The notes under the pieces: generated by a model
Seen by the model: the letters and a program-made list of their open reading frames with translations, nothing else
Database searches by the model: none
Told to the model about the DNA's origin: nothing
DNA from: a virus
Lineage: Duplodnaviria; Caudoviricetes
Length of the DNA: 64,000 nucleotides
Direction: 5' to 3' (one strand)
Virus record (IMG/VR): IMGVR_UViG_3300002301_000013
Coordinates: 1 to 64,000 of that record
Shown here: piece after piece, positions 50,043-58,319 of the stretch
Numbering within the stretch: the first letter of the stretch is position 1
Layout of the letters: the number at the start of each line of letters is the position of its first letter
Translations under genes and position numbers: made by a program

Positions 50043-50914
50043 TTAATAAGTTTCTGTATGCCATCTTCTAGACTAACTTTTGGCGTATAACCAAGATACT
50101 GAACAGCCATACGAGTATCCATTGCACCACGACGAGGCATATCATCTGCCAAGTCATGTCCACAAGTAATTTCACTCTTGGTCCAAGTCCAATCCTTAAT
50201 AACATTTGCGGCATATAATAGCGTTCTTGCTTCACCAAAGCTAACATTGGCAATTACTTTATTAGCAGGCATAATAGCAGCATTGCAAATAGCTTGCGTT
50301 AAATCTTCTACATATGTAAAATCAAGTTTTGCGGTCGTATCATCAATATGAATAGGTTCATGTTCTGCCGCAGCTTTTAACCATTTGGAGATAACACGAT
50401 TGTTATCATCTCGTTTGCCATATACAGCAGTGGGACGAATGATTACCCATTGTTTGGCAATATCTTGCACCAATCGTTCGCAGGCTAGCTTTGCCTTGCC
50501 ATACGCATTAATAGGACGCAGCGGATCAGTTTCTTTAACAGTGTTAATCCAATTGCCATATACCATGCTGCTAGAAATATAAACCATCTTGACATTAGGA
50601 TAAGCAGTTAGCATATGTAGGGTGCTTTGGATAGCGTTCTTCCATGCTGCTACGCCATCCTTGGCAAAGGATGCCTGATTAGGATGACAAGCAAGGTGAA
50701 CAATCGCATCTACATCTTGTATGATTGTGCTGCTGCAATCTGCATTGATCCATTCATCATATGCAAATTCCATGTAGCGACCACGAGCAAGATATAAGTC
50801 AGTGTTAATAAAGCGAAGATCATCAATGATAGTAACCTTGTGACCACTATCTTTAAGACGCTTTACAACATGATGTCCGATAAATCCAAATCCACCTGTT
50901 ACTAATATATGCAT
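50039..50914 (-). CDS. NAD-dependent NDP-sugar epimerase/dehydratase (extended SDR)
   Basis: ILVTGGFGFIG, ISSSMVYG, YGKAK (YxxxK), RPTAVYG and DFTYVED motifs. Confidence 0.92.
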   Translation of the reverse strand: MHILVTGGFGFIGHHVVKRLKDSGHKVTIIDDLRFINTDLYLARGRYMEFAYDEWINADCSSTIIQDVDAIVHLACHPNQASFAKDGVAAWKNAIQSTLHMLTAYPNVKMVYISSSMVYGNWINTVKETDPLRPINAYGKAKLACERLVQDIAKQWVIIRPTAVYGKRDDNNRVISKWLKAAAEHEPIHIDDTTAKLDFTYVEDLTQAICNAAIMPANKVIANVSFGEARTLLYAANVIKDWTWTKSEITCGHDLADDMPRRGAMDTRMAVQYLGYTPKVSLEDGIQKLIK

Positions 50915-50915
50915 A

Positions 50916-51800
50916 TTAAACTGCCATTTCTGCTGCGATTGCTGGATGATGTTTATAATTCATCAACCGAATATCTTCCATTTGTGCTGACCATATATCC
51001 TTAACATCACTTAAATCAAGATGAGGAAGATCATATGGTTTACGAGAAATTTGTTCTTTAACTTGTTCTATATGATTATTATAGATATGAACATCGCCAA
51101 ATGTAAGAATAAGTTCTCCAACCGTTGCTTTGATTGTTTTTGCAACAAGATGAGTCAGTAGAGCATAACTTGCAATGTTAAACGGTACACCAAGAAAGAT
51201 ATCAGCACTGCGTTGATACATTTGGCAACTTAGCACATTATTACGAATATAAAACTGCGCAAACATATGACAAGGTGGTAGCGCCATTTGATTTAGTTCA
51301 GCAGGATTCCATGCTGTTAAAATATGACGGCGACCAGTAGGATCACGCTGCAATCCATCAATCAATTCTTTTAACTGGTCAATTTCATCATAGTTGCGAA
51401 CTAACGCACCTTCTTTAAATGGCGGCGTGTTCTCACCTACATAGCGCCAATGACGCCACTGTACACCATATACACGGCCCAAATCACCAGCATAACGAGA
51501 CTTTGGACGCCAATAGCTTGCGTTAGCATTTGCAGTCCAGATGGTCTTCTTTGCATCATCTCGTGTGCCATACTGTATCTCTGCCAATCGTCGTTCATCG
51601 CCGCTACCTTCAATAAACCATAGTAATTCACTTACCATGGATTTCCATGCTAATTTTTTGGTTGTTACTGCTGGGAAACCATCAGCAAGGTTGAACCGCA
51701 ACTGCTCGCCAAACATACTTAGCGTACCAACGCCAGTTCTGTCCTTGCTTTCAATGCCGTTAAGAATTATTTTTGAACATAGATGATTATAATTTTGCAC
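50916..51800 (-). CDS. thyA: Thymidylate synthase
   Basis: DRTGVGT, TTKKLAWK, ELLWF, LPPCH and YQRSADIFLGVPFNIASY motifs. Confidence 0.97.
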   Translation of the reverse strand: MQNYNHLCSKIILNGIESKDRTGVGTLSMFGEQLRFNLADGFPAVTTKKLAWKSMVSELLWFIEGSGDERRLAEIQYGTRDDAKKTIWTANANASYWRPKSRYAGDLGRVYGVQWRHWRYVGENTPPFKEGALVRNYDEIDQLKELIDGLQRDPTGRRHILTAWNPAELNQMALPPCHMFAQFYIRNNVLSCQMYQRSADIFLGVPFNIASYALLTHLVAKTIKATVGELILTFGDVHIYNNHIEQVKEQISRKPYDLPHLDLSDVKDIWSAQMEDIRLMNYKHHPAIAAEMAV

Positions 51801-52287
51801 GTCGTTTCCACACCTGAAATACTTTATCTTTGCCGTAAGTTTCCCAATCCATTTGGAAATTATGTAGTAATTCTACCACATCTACGCTTACATCGCAATT
51901 ATAATTATCATCAAATGTGGTCAAATATATCTGTTCAAAAAGGTGCTTGGTACTCTCAATAAGTTTGGCACCACCTATGATCCATATATCTTTGTCAGGA
52001 TTATTTGCTTTTAATACAGCTAAACTTTGCTCAATATAATTGCCATGAATGATAGTGTGAGCATCACGAAAACTATCAACAGGTTGGTTGGTCACTACAC
52101 AACAATGACGATCTGGTAACGGTTTGGGCATCTTAGGATCAACCCAAGTATTGCTGCCCATTACCACAATATGATTGCGGGTATTAGTTGAGAACCATTG
52201 CATATCTTGCTTGTCATAAGGCCAGGGAAGACTTCCGCCTTGCCCTAGCCCGCCATTTTTATCCACAGCAAAGATTGCTTTAATCAT
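51787..52287 (-). CDS. folA: Dihydrofolate reductase
   Basis: AIFAVDKNGGLG...LPWP...D, VMGSNTW, PLPDR and WIIGGA motifs. Adjacent to thyA. Confidence 0.93.
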   Translation of the reverse strand: MIKAIFAVDKNGGLGQGGSLPWPYDKQDMQWFSTNTRNHIVVMGSNTWVDPKMPKPLPDRHCCVVTNQPVDSFRDAHTIIHGNYIEQSLAVLKANNPDKDIWIIGGAKLIESTKHLFEQIYLTTFDDNYNCDVSVDVVELLHNFQMDWETYGKDKVFQVWKRRAKL

Positions 52288-52592
52288 TAATCTAACAGTC
52301 TATTAGTTTTGCCTTCAACTTCTTCGGCAATGGCAGAAACATTGAGATGAAAATCAACACATTCAATATCATCAGAAAAAACTTCAAGATAATCTTCTAT
52401 CATGACTTCTATTTCTGGAAAATCTATACCCTTACTAAGGATAGTGTTGATATCAAATACATGAGATTGCCCATCTTTAAAAGTTGCACTCACTGCTTTG
52501 ATAAAACGAATGGGAACATCCGAAATCTCTAAATCAGATATTAAATGTTCCCATCGGTCAAAAAATTCATCGCTAAAACTATTATCAGGCAC
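52287..52592 (-). CDS. Hypothetical acidic protein
   Basis: 101 aa, coupled to neighbours on both sides. Confidence 0.7.
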   Translation of the reverse strand: MPDNSFSDEFFDRWEHLISDLEISDVPIRFIKAVSATFKDGQSHVFDINTILSKGIDFPEIEVMIEDYLEVFSDDIECVDFHLNVSAIAEEVEGKTNRLLD

Positions 52593-53253
52593 TGGTTTTT
52601 GTCTTGGTAGTCTTTACAGGAGCCTTCTTAGCAGTAGCCTTTACAACTACTGGCTTGTCGCCCTTTAGTTCATTAAGCTGTGACTGCATCGCTTGCATAG
52701 TCTGCATCATCTGCATCATAACCGCAGTCATATCAGGAGCGGCTGGCGCTGGTGCAACTGGTGCGGCTACAGGAGCAATACCAAGTTCTTCTGCGCTGAC
52801 ACTTTCGCTGACGAACGCATCAGTTGTGGCATTCTTTGCAGGGTCAGCAAATCCTTGCTGATTTTCCATGCGTTCAAGGCGAGCAACTGCTTCTGGTCCC
52901 TTGCCAACCTGTCCAAGAAGCTTGTTCAATTCGTCAAGACGAATATTGCTCTTGCTGTTTGGAGTAACCTGTACATTGGCTGCTGGAACACGCTTTAGAT
53001 AATTTTCAGCACTCAATGCCTGTAACATATTCATGCCATCGCCCATCATGCGACGTTCTAGAATATCACGGAACTCATACGCCTGCTGTCCTTCGTCACT
53101 TTCAAGTACCTTCATGACATCATCATGATACTTGCTTGGCATGATATCACTATAAATGACAACTGCCATGTGATTTTCTTCGCCGCTTAATTGACGCTGT
53201 ACAATGATAACTTTCTTACCATTGACGCTTCCTACATGTTTAAAAAAACTCAT
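52585..53253 (-). CDS. Hypothetical protein with Pro/Ala linker and Lys-rich tail
   Basis: 222 aa with host-like codon usage and ATGA coupling. Confidence 0.75.
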   Translation of the reverse strand: MSFFKHVGSVNGKKVIIVQRQLSGEENHMAVVIYSDIMPSKYHDDVMKVLESDEGQQAYEFRDILERRMMGDGMNMLQALSAENYLKRVPAANVQVTPNSKSNIRLDELNKLLGQVGKGPEAVARLERMENQQGFADPAKNATTDAFVSESVSAEELGIAPVAAPVAPAPAAPDMTAVMMQMMQTMQAMQSQLNELKGDKPVVVKATAKKAPVKTTKTKTSA

Positions 53254-53465
53254 TGATTTACTTCCTCTGTTGTTTGTTCTGGTTGTGGATTGTTGGCAAC
53301 AATAAATGCCTTTACTTTATCATAAACCGCACCTACACTTGATAACTCATCTGCACGAAATGCTCCACGCTGTGCGACTGTTTCCACAATTTGAACCAAA
53401 AATGCAATATCAGTGATGGTAATGCTTGGTGGGGTTGCAGCAACTTCGGTGGTTTCTTCTGTCAT
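53250..53465 (-). CDS. Hypothetical protein
   Basis: ATG at 53465 after GGAGA, with TAAATA upstream. Confidence 0.7.
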   Translation of the reverse strand: MTEETTEVAATPPSITITDIAFLVQIVETVAQRGAFRADELSSVGAVYDKVKAFIVANNPQPEQTTEEVNQ

Positions 53466-53501
53466 AATAATCTCCAATTTATATTATTTAAGCATAGAAA
53501 A

Positions 53502-53527
53502 AGGCTCTGAAAAATTTTCCAGAGCCT
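53502..53527 (-). terminator. Rho-independent terminator after the vWA gene
   Basis: AGGCTCTG/CAGAGCCT stem followed by a T run on the minus strand. Confidence 0.75.
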
Positions 53528-53543
53528 ATTCTTTTAAAGATTA

Positions 53544-54809
53544 TTAATCTTCGTAATAAGCATGAATACCGAATGGTGGTTCGATGGTCTTGTTATACTT
53601 GTTATGGATAATCCATACAGTATCACAATAGTTTTCGTCACCCCATGAACCATATGGTTCGCCATCGGTAAACACGATAAAGAGTTTTGGATTTACATCC
53701 TCGTTCTTCATCCACTTCCAATTAACTTCAAAGTCAGTGCCACCAAAACCCTTTGCTTCATAGTTGATGAGATCATCACCATCAGCAGTTGTATATTCTA
53801 CTGGATTATGGATTTGCGTATCAAAGCACCAAATCTTAACCTTGTAATCATCATAAGATTGCATGATGCCGTTGATTTCGCTAAAGAACGCATTCAACTG
53901 TTCATTGCTAATAGAGCCAGAAGTATCAATGGCGATGCAAACATCAATAGCCTGATCCTTGCGCATGTTAGGCAGAACAAATCCTTGCGAGAACATCTTC
54001 TTGTTCGGAATAGTCCACGTATAATCATTCTTAATGGTGGACTGGATTTGTTGCGTAATGAGTTCACGCCAGTTGATTTTAGGCTGGGTGAGTTCATTGA
54101 TCATGCGCTTGACATTGCCAGGAACATTGCCAGCGCCTGCGGATTGTGCAGCAGCAAGCATTGCTTCCTTGAACTCGTCCTTGATAGCCTGACGCTCTTC
54201 TTTGGACAGCATTGGACGACCCTTGCCATCCTTATCACCATCTTTGCCTTCGCCATCGCCGCTGCCTTGTCCATCTTTTTCAGGGTCAAGATGGTCATCA
54301 AGTAACTGGTCAAGCAAATCTTCAATGTTGATTTTCTGTGCGTTCTTGATCAGGTCATCATACACCTGTTCAAAGTTCCAGTCATCATATTTGCGATCAT
54401 ACAGAACAGGCACAACGGTAATTTTTTGACCAAGATTGTACTTGATGCAATCAGCATTAACCACATAGTCCATTGCAATGTTAGCAAGGTCTTTCTGCTT
54501 ACCCATGCCACGGTTCATATGGTCATAAGCGCAGTGAAGCAACTCATGGCAGAACAAGAACATCATTTGGTTAGTAGGAAGCTTGAGGATGAAATCGCTG
54601 TTGTAATAGAAATGGCGACCATCGGTTGCGGCAGTGGTCAGCCAGCTATCAGCATTGACCAACTTGAGCCGCATGGCAAGATTACCAAAGAATGGTTGTT
54701 TGAGCACAAGGGCAATACGAGCCTTGAGAATTGCCTGACGAGCATCATAGTCTTTCTTCTCGTCAATGGTATCGCTGAGTTGACCAGCGCCTGGTTGTTT
54801 CTTAGCCAT
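53544..54809 (-). CDS. DUF2201-type zincin-like metallopeptidase plus vWA domain protein (MoxR partner)
   Basis: TAATDG, CHELLH (HExxH), NIAMD, DTSGS (MIDAS), GGTDF and VFTDG motifs. ATG at 54809 after GGAGA. Confidence 0.9.
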   Translation of the reverse strand: MAKKQPGAGQLSDTIDEKKDYDARQAILKARIALVLKQPFFGNLAMRLKLVNADSWLTTAATDGRHFYYNSDFILKLPTNQMMFLFCHELLHCAYDHMNRGMGKQKDLANIAMDYVVNADCIKYNLGQKITVVPVLYDRKYDDWNFEQVYDDLIKNAQKINIEDLLDQLLDDHLDPEKDGQGSGDGEGKDGDKDGKGRPMLSKEERQAIKDEFKEAMLAAAQSAGAGNVPGNVKRMINELTQPKINWRELITQQIQSTIKNDYTWTIPNKKMFSQGFVLPNMRKDQAIDVCIAIDTSGSISNEQLNAFFSEINGIMQSYDDYKVKIWCFDTQIHNPVEYTTADGDDLINYEAKGFGGTDFEVNWKWMKNEDVNPKLFIVFTDGEPYGSWGDENYCDTVWIIHNKYNKTIEPPFGIHAYYED

Positions 54810-54834
54810 GTCACGTTCTCCTATCAATATATAC

Positions 54835-54863
54835 ATCATACCATAAATGTATGGGTTGTCAAG
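54835..54863 (-). promoter_or_regulatory. Early sigma70-type promoter (CTTGACA-16-TATGAT) of the vWA gene
   Basis: The plus strand shows TGTCAA at 54857-54862 and ATCATA at 54835-54840. Confidence 0.75.
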
Positions 54864-54884
54864 CACTTTTTTCTAAATAAAATC

Positions 54885-55982
54885 ATGGAAAATGCCATAA
54901 AAATACATACTTTTGAAAATTATAAGAATGAAAAAAATCCTTTTGATGTTTTACATTTCGTAGATTTTGTTTACCATAATACCTGCGAAGATATCTTTAA
55001 CGAAGATGAAAGAATATGTCTGATAACTGTGCAGTACTTTCAAGAAATCACTGATATTGATACTATTAGAAATTTTTTAGAAAGAAATGATAATAATAAA
55101 GTTATATTTTCACATTTTCTAGAGTCTTCATCATTAATAATGAAGCAATTTAAGATTTATAATTTTCAAAAATATATTGATCGTGGACAAATTTCTATTT
55201 TAATTTCAGCAGAATTTGAACATCCTAAAATTAAATCCTGTAATATTGATTGTTTTTCTGATTATGTATGTGGTAGCACTGACAATATTAACATTTCATT
55301 AAGGTATTTTGATAAAATTTTTGAAAATAAAAATAAACCATATAAATTTCTTTACTTAAATGGCAAAGACACCTCGCATAGAATAGATTTATATCATATT
55401 TTAAATAGTAAAAATTTAATAAAAGATTCTCTATTTTCCATGACTAGACCGATAAATTTAAATTTTCCAAAAACTGTTTTGCCAGATGCCTATCAAGATT
55501 ATTTCAACGATGAAAATTTTTATGTACAATTAGGCAGTAAAAAAATATTTAATACCTATGGATGGCCAGATGGATTATTAAATCCTATTTTATATACTGA
55601 TACATATTTTTCAATAGTTGCCGAGACTGAATGTTATAATACTATTCATCCATTTATAACAGAGAAAACTTTTAAAGTGCTGTTAATGGGACATCCATTT
55701 ATGATTTTTTCTTCGCCCTATTTTTATAAACATTTAAAAAATCTTGGATATAAAACTTTTAATGGGTTGATTGATGAAGAATTTGACAATATTACAGATG
55801 ATGCTGCACGATTAACTTATTTTGCCAATTCTGTTGAAACTTTGTGCAATGGAAATCTAGAAGAATTTTTAATTAAATCAAAATCTATATGTGAATATAA
55901 TAGAGAAGTTTTTATAGATCATGCGGCAAAATCTCATTTAAAAAATTATGCTTCTATTTTAAATTTTATAAAAAGTATATAA
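54885..55982 (+). CDS. AT-rich gene, possibly glycosyltransferase-related
   Basis: ATG at 54885 after CTAAATA; the track extension to 54426 is antisense shadow of the vWA gene. C-terminal YFSIVAET...ITEKTFK...HPF...LKNLGYKTF...DEEFD motif. Confidence 0.6.
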   Translation: MENAIKIHTFENYKNEKNPFDVLHFVDFVYHNTCEDIFNEDERICLITVQYFQEITDIDTIRNFLERNDNNKVIFSHFLESSSLIMKQFKIYNFQKYIDRGQISILISAEFEHPKIKSCNIDCFSDYVCGSTDNINISLRYFDKIFENKNKPYKFLYLNGKDTSHRIDLYHILNSKNLIKDSLFSMTRPINLNFPKTVLPDAYQDYFNDENFYVQLGSKKIFNTYGWPDGLLNPILYTDTYFSIVAETECYNTIHPFITEKTFKVLLMGHPFMIFSSPYFYKHLKNLGYKTFNGLIDEEFDNITDDAARLTYFANSVETLCNGNLEEFLIKSKSICEYNREVFIDHAAKSHLKNYASILNFIKSI

Positions 55983-55983
55983 A

Positions 55984-56016
55984 ATAGGGGAGCAGCTTCA
56001 CGGTCTGCTCCCCTAT
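55984..56016. terminator. Strong hairpin terminator between convergent genes
   Basis: 12-bp stem ATAGGGGAGCAG/CTGCTCCCCTAT, followed by a T tract on the minus strand. Confidence 0.85.
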
Positions 56017-56053
56017 AACTCGCCCTCACTGATGGAGAACGATGGGGCGAGGA

Positions 56054-57181
56054 TTAGTCACGCACAGCGGCGAGGATATAATCGCCGTTCTTTGCATGAT
56101 ATTCCTTGTAGTTCTTCATCTTGCTAGTCTTCATCGGCATCTTGTAGTTACGAAGAATAGTAGCAAGCATCATGACTTGCAATTCCGTATCCATGTTATC
56201 AAGGAAGAAACGGAACACATTGTCAAGTTCCTCGTGCCACTCATTGTTGTCCGCATCCTTCATGCGCTCGCCGCCACGCTTGTCAAACGAGTCCTTCAAC
56301 TCATAGCAGCAAGATACGGTGAGCGAATACTTTGCGCCGATATCCTTAGCCTTGAGTTCCTTAACCTTGCCAGACAAGATGTCAGAAGGATTAGGCATCT
56401 GCGAAGCAACCTTACGGTGTGCAGCAAACTTGAGTGCAACACCTTCGCCAACCGTACCAGACACAAGATCGTTAAGTTCGGTATCGTTAAGGTCTTCTTG
56501 CAGCAACTCGCTGACGAATGACCATGAACGAGGCGTAGCAAACGATGCACCTGACGAACGAGGATCAAAGTTGAACAGATCGTTCTTGTTGCAAGTTACA
56601 TATGCAACCACGTCAGGATTGATAGCATGGTTGATAGCCCAATCATTCCACGACTCAAAGTCAACACGCAAGTTCAAGTGAACAAAGCGGTTAGCAAGTG
56701 GCGAAGGCATACGATACACAACACCACGATCAGTATCACGGTTACCAGCGGCAACGATAACAACATTGTCAGGAAGTTCGTAAGTGCCAACGCGACGATT
56801 AAGAACCAACTGGTATGCAGCAGCCTGAGTAGCAGGAGCAGCAGAGTTCATTTCGTCAAGGAACAGGAAAACCACAGGATACTGTGCAGCTTCTTCCTTA
56901 GAAGGAAGATCAGGCGGAGCATTCCACATAGCGTTGCCAACGGTAGGATTGTAGTAGAGAACGCCCTTCAAATCGGAAGGGTCCATGAGTGCAAGACGCA
57001 AGTCATACAACTTACCACCCATGCTTTCGCAAAGGTCTGCAACTAGTTCGGACTTGCCGATGCCAGGTGCACCCCAAAGGAACACAGGACGCTTGCGACG
57101 AGCGCAAACCATGACCTCACGCTTTGCAGCAGCAAGGGTAACAGTACGCACTTCTGAAAGTGCTTCATTCGGTTTAGCCAT
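56054..57181 (-). CDS. MoxR-type AAA+ ATPase
   Basis: Walker A GAPGIGKS, Walker B FLFLDE, VAAGN, LANRF and TPRSW motifs. Confidence 0.92.
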   Translation of the reverse strand: MAKPNEALSEVRTVTLAAAKREVMVCARRKRPVFLWGAPGIGKSELVADLCESMGGKLYDLRLALMDPSDLKGVLYYNPTVGNAMWNAPPDLPSKEEAAQYPVVFLFLDEMNSAAPATQAAAYQLVLNRRVGTYELPDNVVIVAAGNRDTDRGVVYRMPSPLANRFVHLNLRVDFESWNDWAINHAINPDVVAYVTCNKNDLFNFDPRSSGASFATPRSWSFVSELLQEDLNDTELNDLVSGTVGEGVALKFAAHRKVASQMPNPSDILSGKVKELKAKDIGAKYSLTVSCCYELKDSFDKRGGERMKDADNNEWHEELDNVFRFFLDNMDTELQVMMLATILRNYKMPMKTSKMKNYKEYHAKNGDYILAAVRD

Positions 57182-57185
57182 TTTG

Positions 57186-57240
57186 TTTCTCCATCAGTTG
57201 ACTATAAGATTAATATAACAGATTATTTGTAGTTGTCAAG
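57186..57240 (-). promoter_or_regulatory. Early promoter CTTGACA-16-TATATT with conserved leader TATAGTCAACTGATGGAGA
   Basis: -35 at 57234-57239 and -10 at 57212-57217. The leader is shared with three other loci. Confidence 0.85.
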
Positions 57241-57247
57241 CACTTTT

Positions 57248-57445
57248 TTATGCTAAAAGTGAATTATCTCCACGCCGAACCAATTCATTATAAATGATGA
57301 TTTTGCCATCTTGAATGGTCTTATCTTCAAGAATAAGTTCATTGTGATATTCGGCGCGTTCAATGAGTGCATATGCATCAATCAAACCAGCAGTGCTGAA
57401 AAACCGCACACGAATTTTTGCAAGGATTTTACGAAAGAAATTCAT
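57248..57445 (-). CDS. Small hypothetical early protein
   Basis: GGAGA RBS, 65 aa. Confidence 0.6.
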   Translation of the reverse strand: MNFFRKILAKIRVRFFSTAGLIDAYALIERAEYHNELILEDKTIQDGKIIIYNELVRRGDNSLLA

Positions 57446-57457
57446 AATGGTCTCCTA

Positions 57458-57784
57458 TTAGAGTGCGCCTGTCCAACGGATGCAGTCAAGTTTACCTTCA
57501 AGAACATTGCCACGAGCAAAGTTCATAGCAGGAGCCTTCCACGATGCAGGTTTCAAGATATCGCCTGCACGGAACTTTGGACCATCCTTCTTGACCACGA
57601 AAGAATGAACAGAGTTTTGCTTGATGATTTTGAAATATTTGTTGCCTTCCTCAATGCGGATAGAGGCATCAAAATCCGTAATCATTTGCTGAACATGTGG
57701 TTCAGATGCACGATTGCCCCACCAAGCAAGATAATCGGCTTTAGATTTTTCAACAAGAGCGGCGAGACCAGATTGCATATCCAT
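57458..57784 (-). CDS. Conserved phage hypothetical protein
   Basis: GNKYFKI...HSFV...GDILKPASWKAPA...ARGNV is a recurrent phage motif. GGAG RBS and its own promoter. Confidence 0.75.
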   Translation of the reverse strand: MDMQSGLAALVEKSKADYLAWWGNRASEPHVQQMITDFDASIRIEEGNKYFKIIKQNSVHSFVVKKDGPKFRAGDILKPASWKAPAMNFARGNVLEGKLDCIRWTGAL

Positions 57785-57805
57785 GAGAAATCTCCGTTAC
57801 GCTGT

Positions 57806-58027
57806 TTATATTCTTACAATATCACAAAATTGGAAGTTGTCAAGCACTTTTTTAGTGAATGGCCATTTTATTGCTTCTTTGCAAAGATAATTATAAAGAT
57901 ACAGCCCAAATTGTCTTGACGATCCTGCACCTTCAAAAATTAAGAACTCGCTAACACTATAACCAATGCGCCATGCGCCAGATGTGCCAATGTCCATCCA
58001 TGTGTATTTTTCGTCTTCATCAGCCAT
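57806..58027 (-). CDS. Small hypothetical early protein
   Basis: Follows a conserved promoter/leader. Confidence 0.55.
   Translation of the reverse strand: MADEDEKYTWMDIGTSGAWRIGYSVSEFLIFEGAGSSRQFGLYLYNYLCKEAIKWPFTKKVLDNFQFCDIVRI
57816..57844 (-). promoter_or_regulatory. Early promoter CTTGACA-16-TATTGT
   Basis: -35 at 57838-57843 and -10 at 57816-57821. Confidence 0.7.
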
Positions 58028-58032
58028 GTCTT

Positions 58033-58086
58033 GCTCTCTATCAATTGATTATAACTTAATATAACACGGATTTAGGCGTTGTCAAG
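58033..58086 (-). promoter_or_regulatory. Early promoter with conserved leader
   Basis: -35 at 58080-58085, -10 at 58058-58063, leader TATAATCAATTGATAGAGA. Confidence 0.85.
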
Positions 58087-58088
58087 GG

Positions 58089-58259
58089 TTATTTTTTAGC
58101 CCCGTCCGTGAGACCAATTGCCACACATTCGTCGGGGAATTTAGCCCACATTTCCGTGATAAGAGCAGCACGGGATTCCTCAATACCAGGAATTTCAGCG
58201 ATTTCGCTGAGGGTGATGATTTCTTCAACATACTGGGAAAATGACCAAGAATTGCGCAT
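58089..58259 (-). CDS. Small hypothetical early protein
   Basis: ATG at 58259 downstream of GGAGAG in the conserved leader. Confidence 0.65.
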   Translation of the reverse strand: MRNSWSFSQYVEEIITLSEIAEIPGIEESRAALITEMWAKFPDECVAIGLTDGAKK

Positions 58260-58267
58260 CGCCGTGC

Positions 58268-58319
58268 TCTCCATCAATTGACTATAACTTAATATAACAT
58301 AGATTTAGGAGTTGTCAAG
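58268..58319 (-). promoter_or_regulatory. Early promoter with conserved leader
   Basis: -35 at 58313-58318, -10 at 58291-58296, leader TATAGTCAATTGATGGAGA. Confidence 0.85.

Noticed and set aside
50916-51800. thyA as a base-modifying hydroxymethylase for DNA hypermodification
   Set aside because: It retains the dUMP-specifying Asn (PFNIASY) and all canonical TS motifs, and sits with DHFR. This is an ordinary thymidylate synthase.
54426-54884. N-terminal extension of the AT-rich + strand ORF
   Set aside because: It is an antisense shadow of the vWA gene with different composition. The true start is probably ATG 54885.
56042-56521. Real + strand gene with GGAGA RBS antisense to MoxR
   Set aside because: It lies almost wholly antisense to a well-conserved gene, directly after a strong hairpin, with no promoter seen and no recognisable motif. 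Only the leader-like 12-mer is kept as a finding.
57186-58319. CRISPR-like or mobile-element repeats
   Set aside because: The recurring ~55-nt elements are imperfect, irregularly spaced and each precedes a start codon. They are promoters/leaders.
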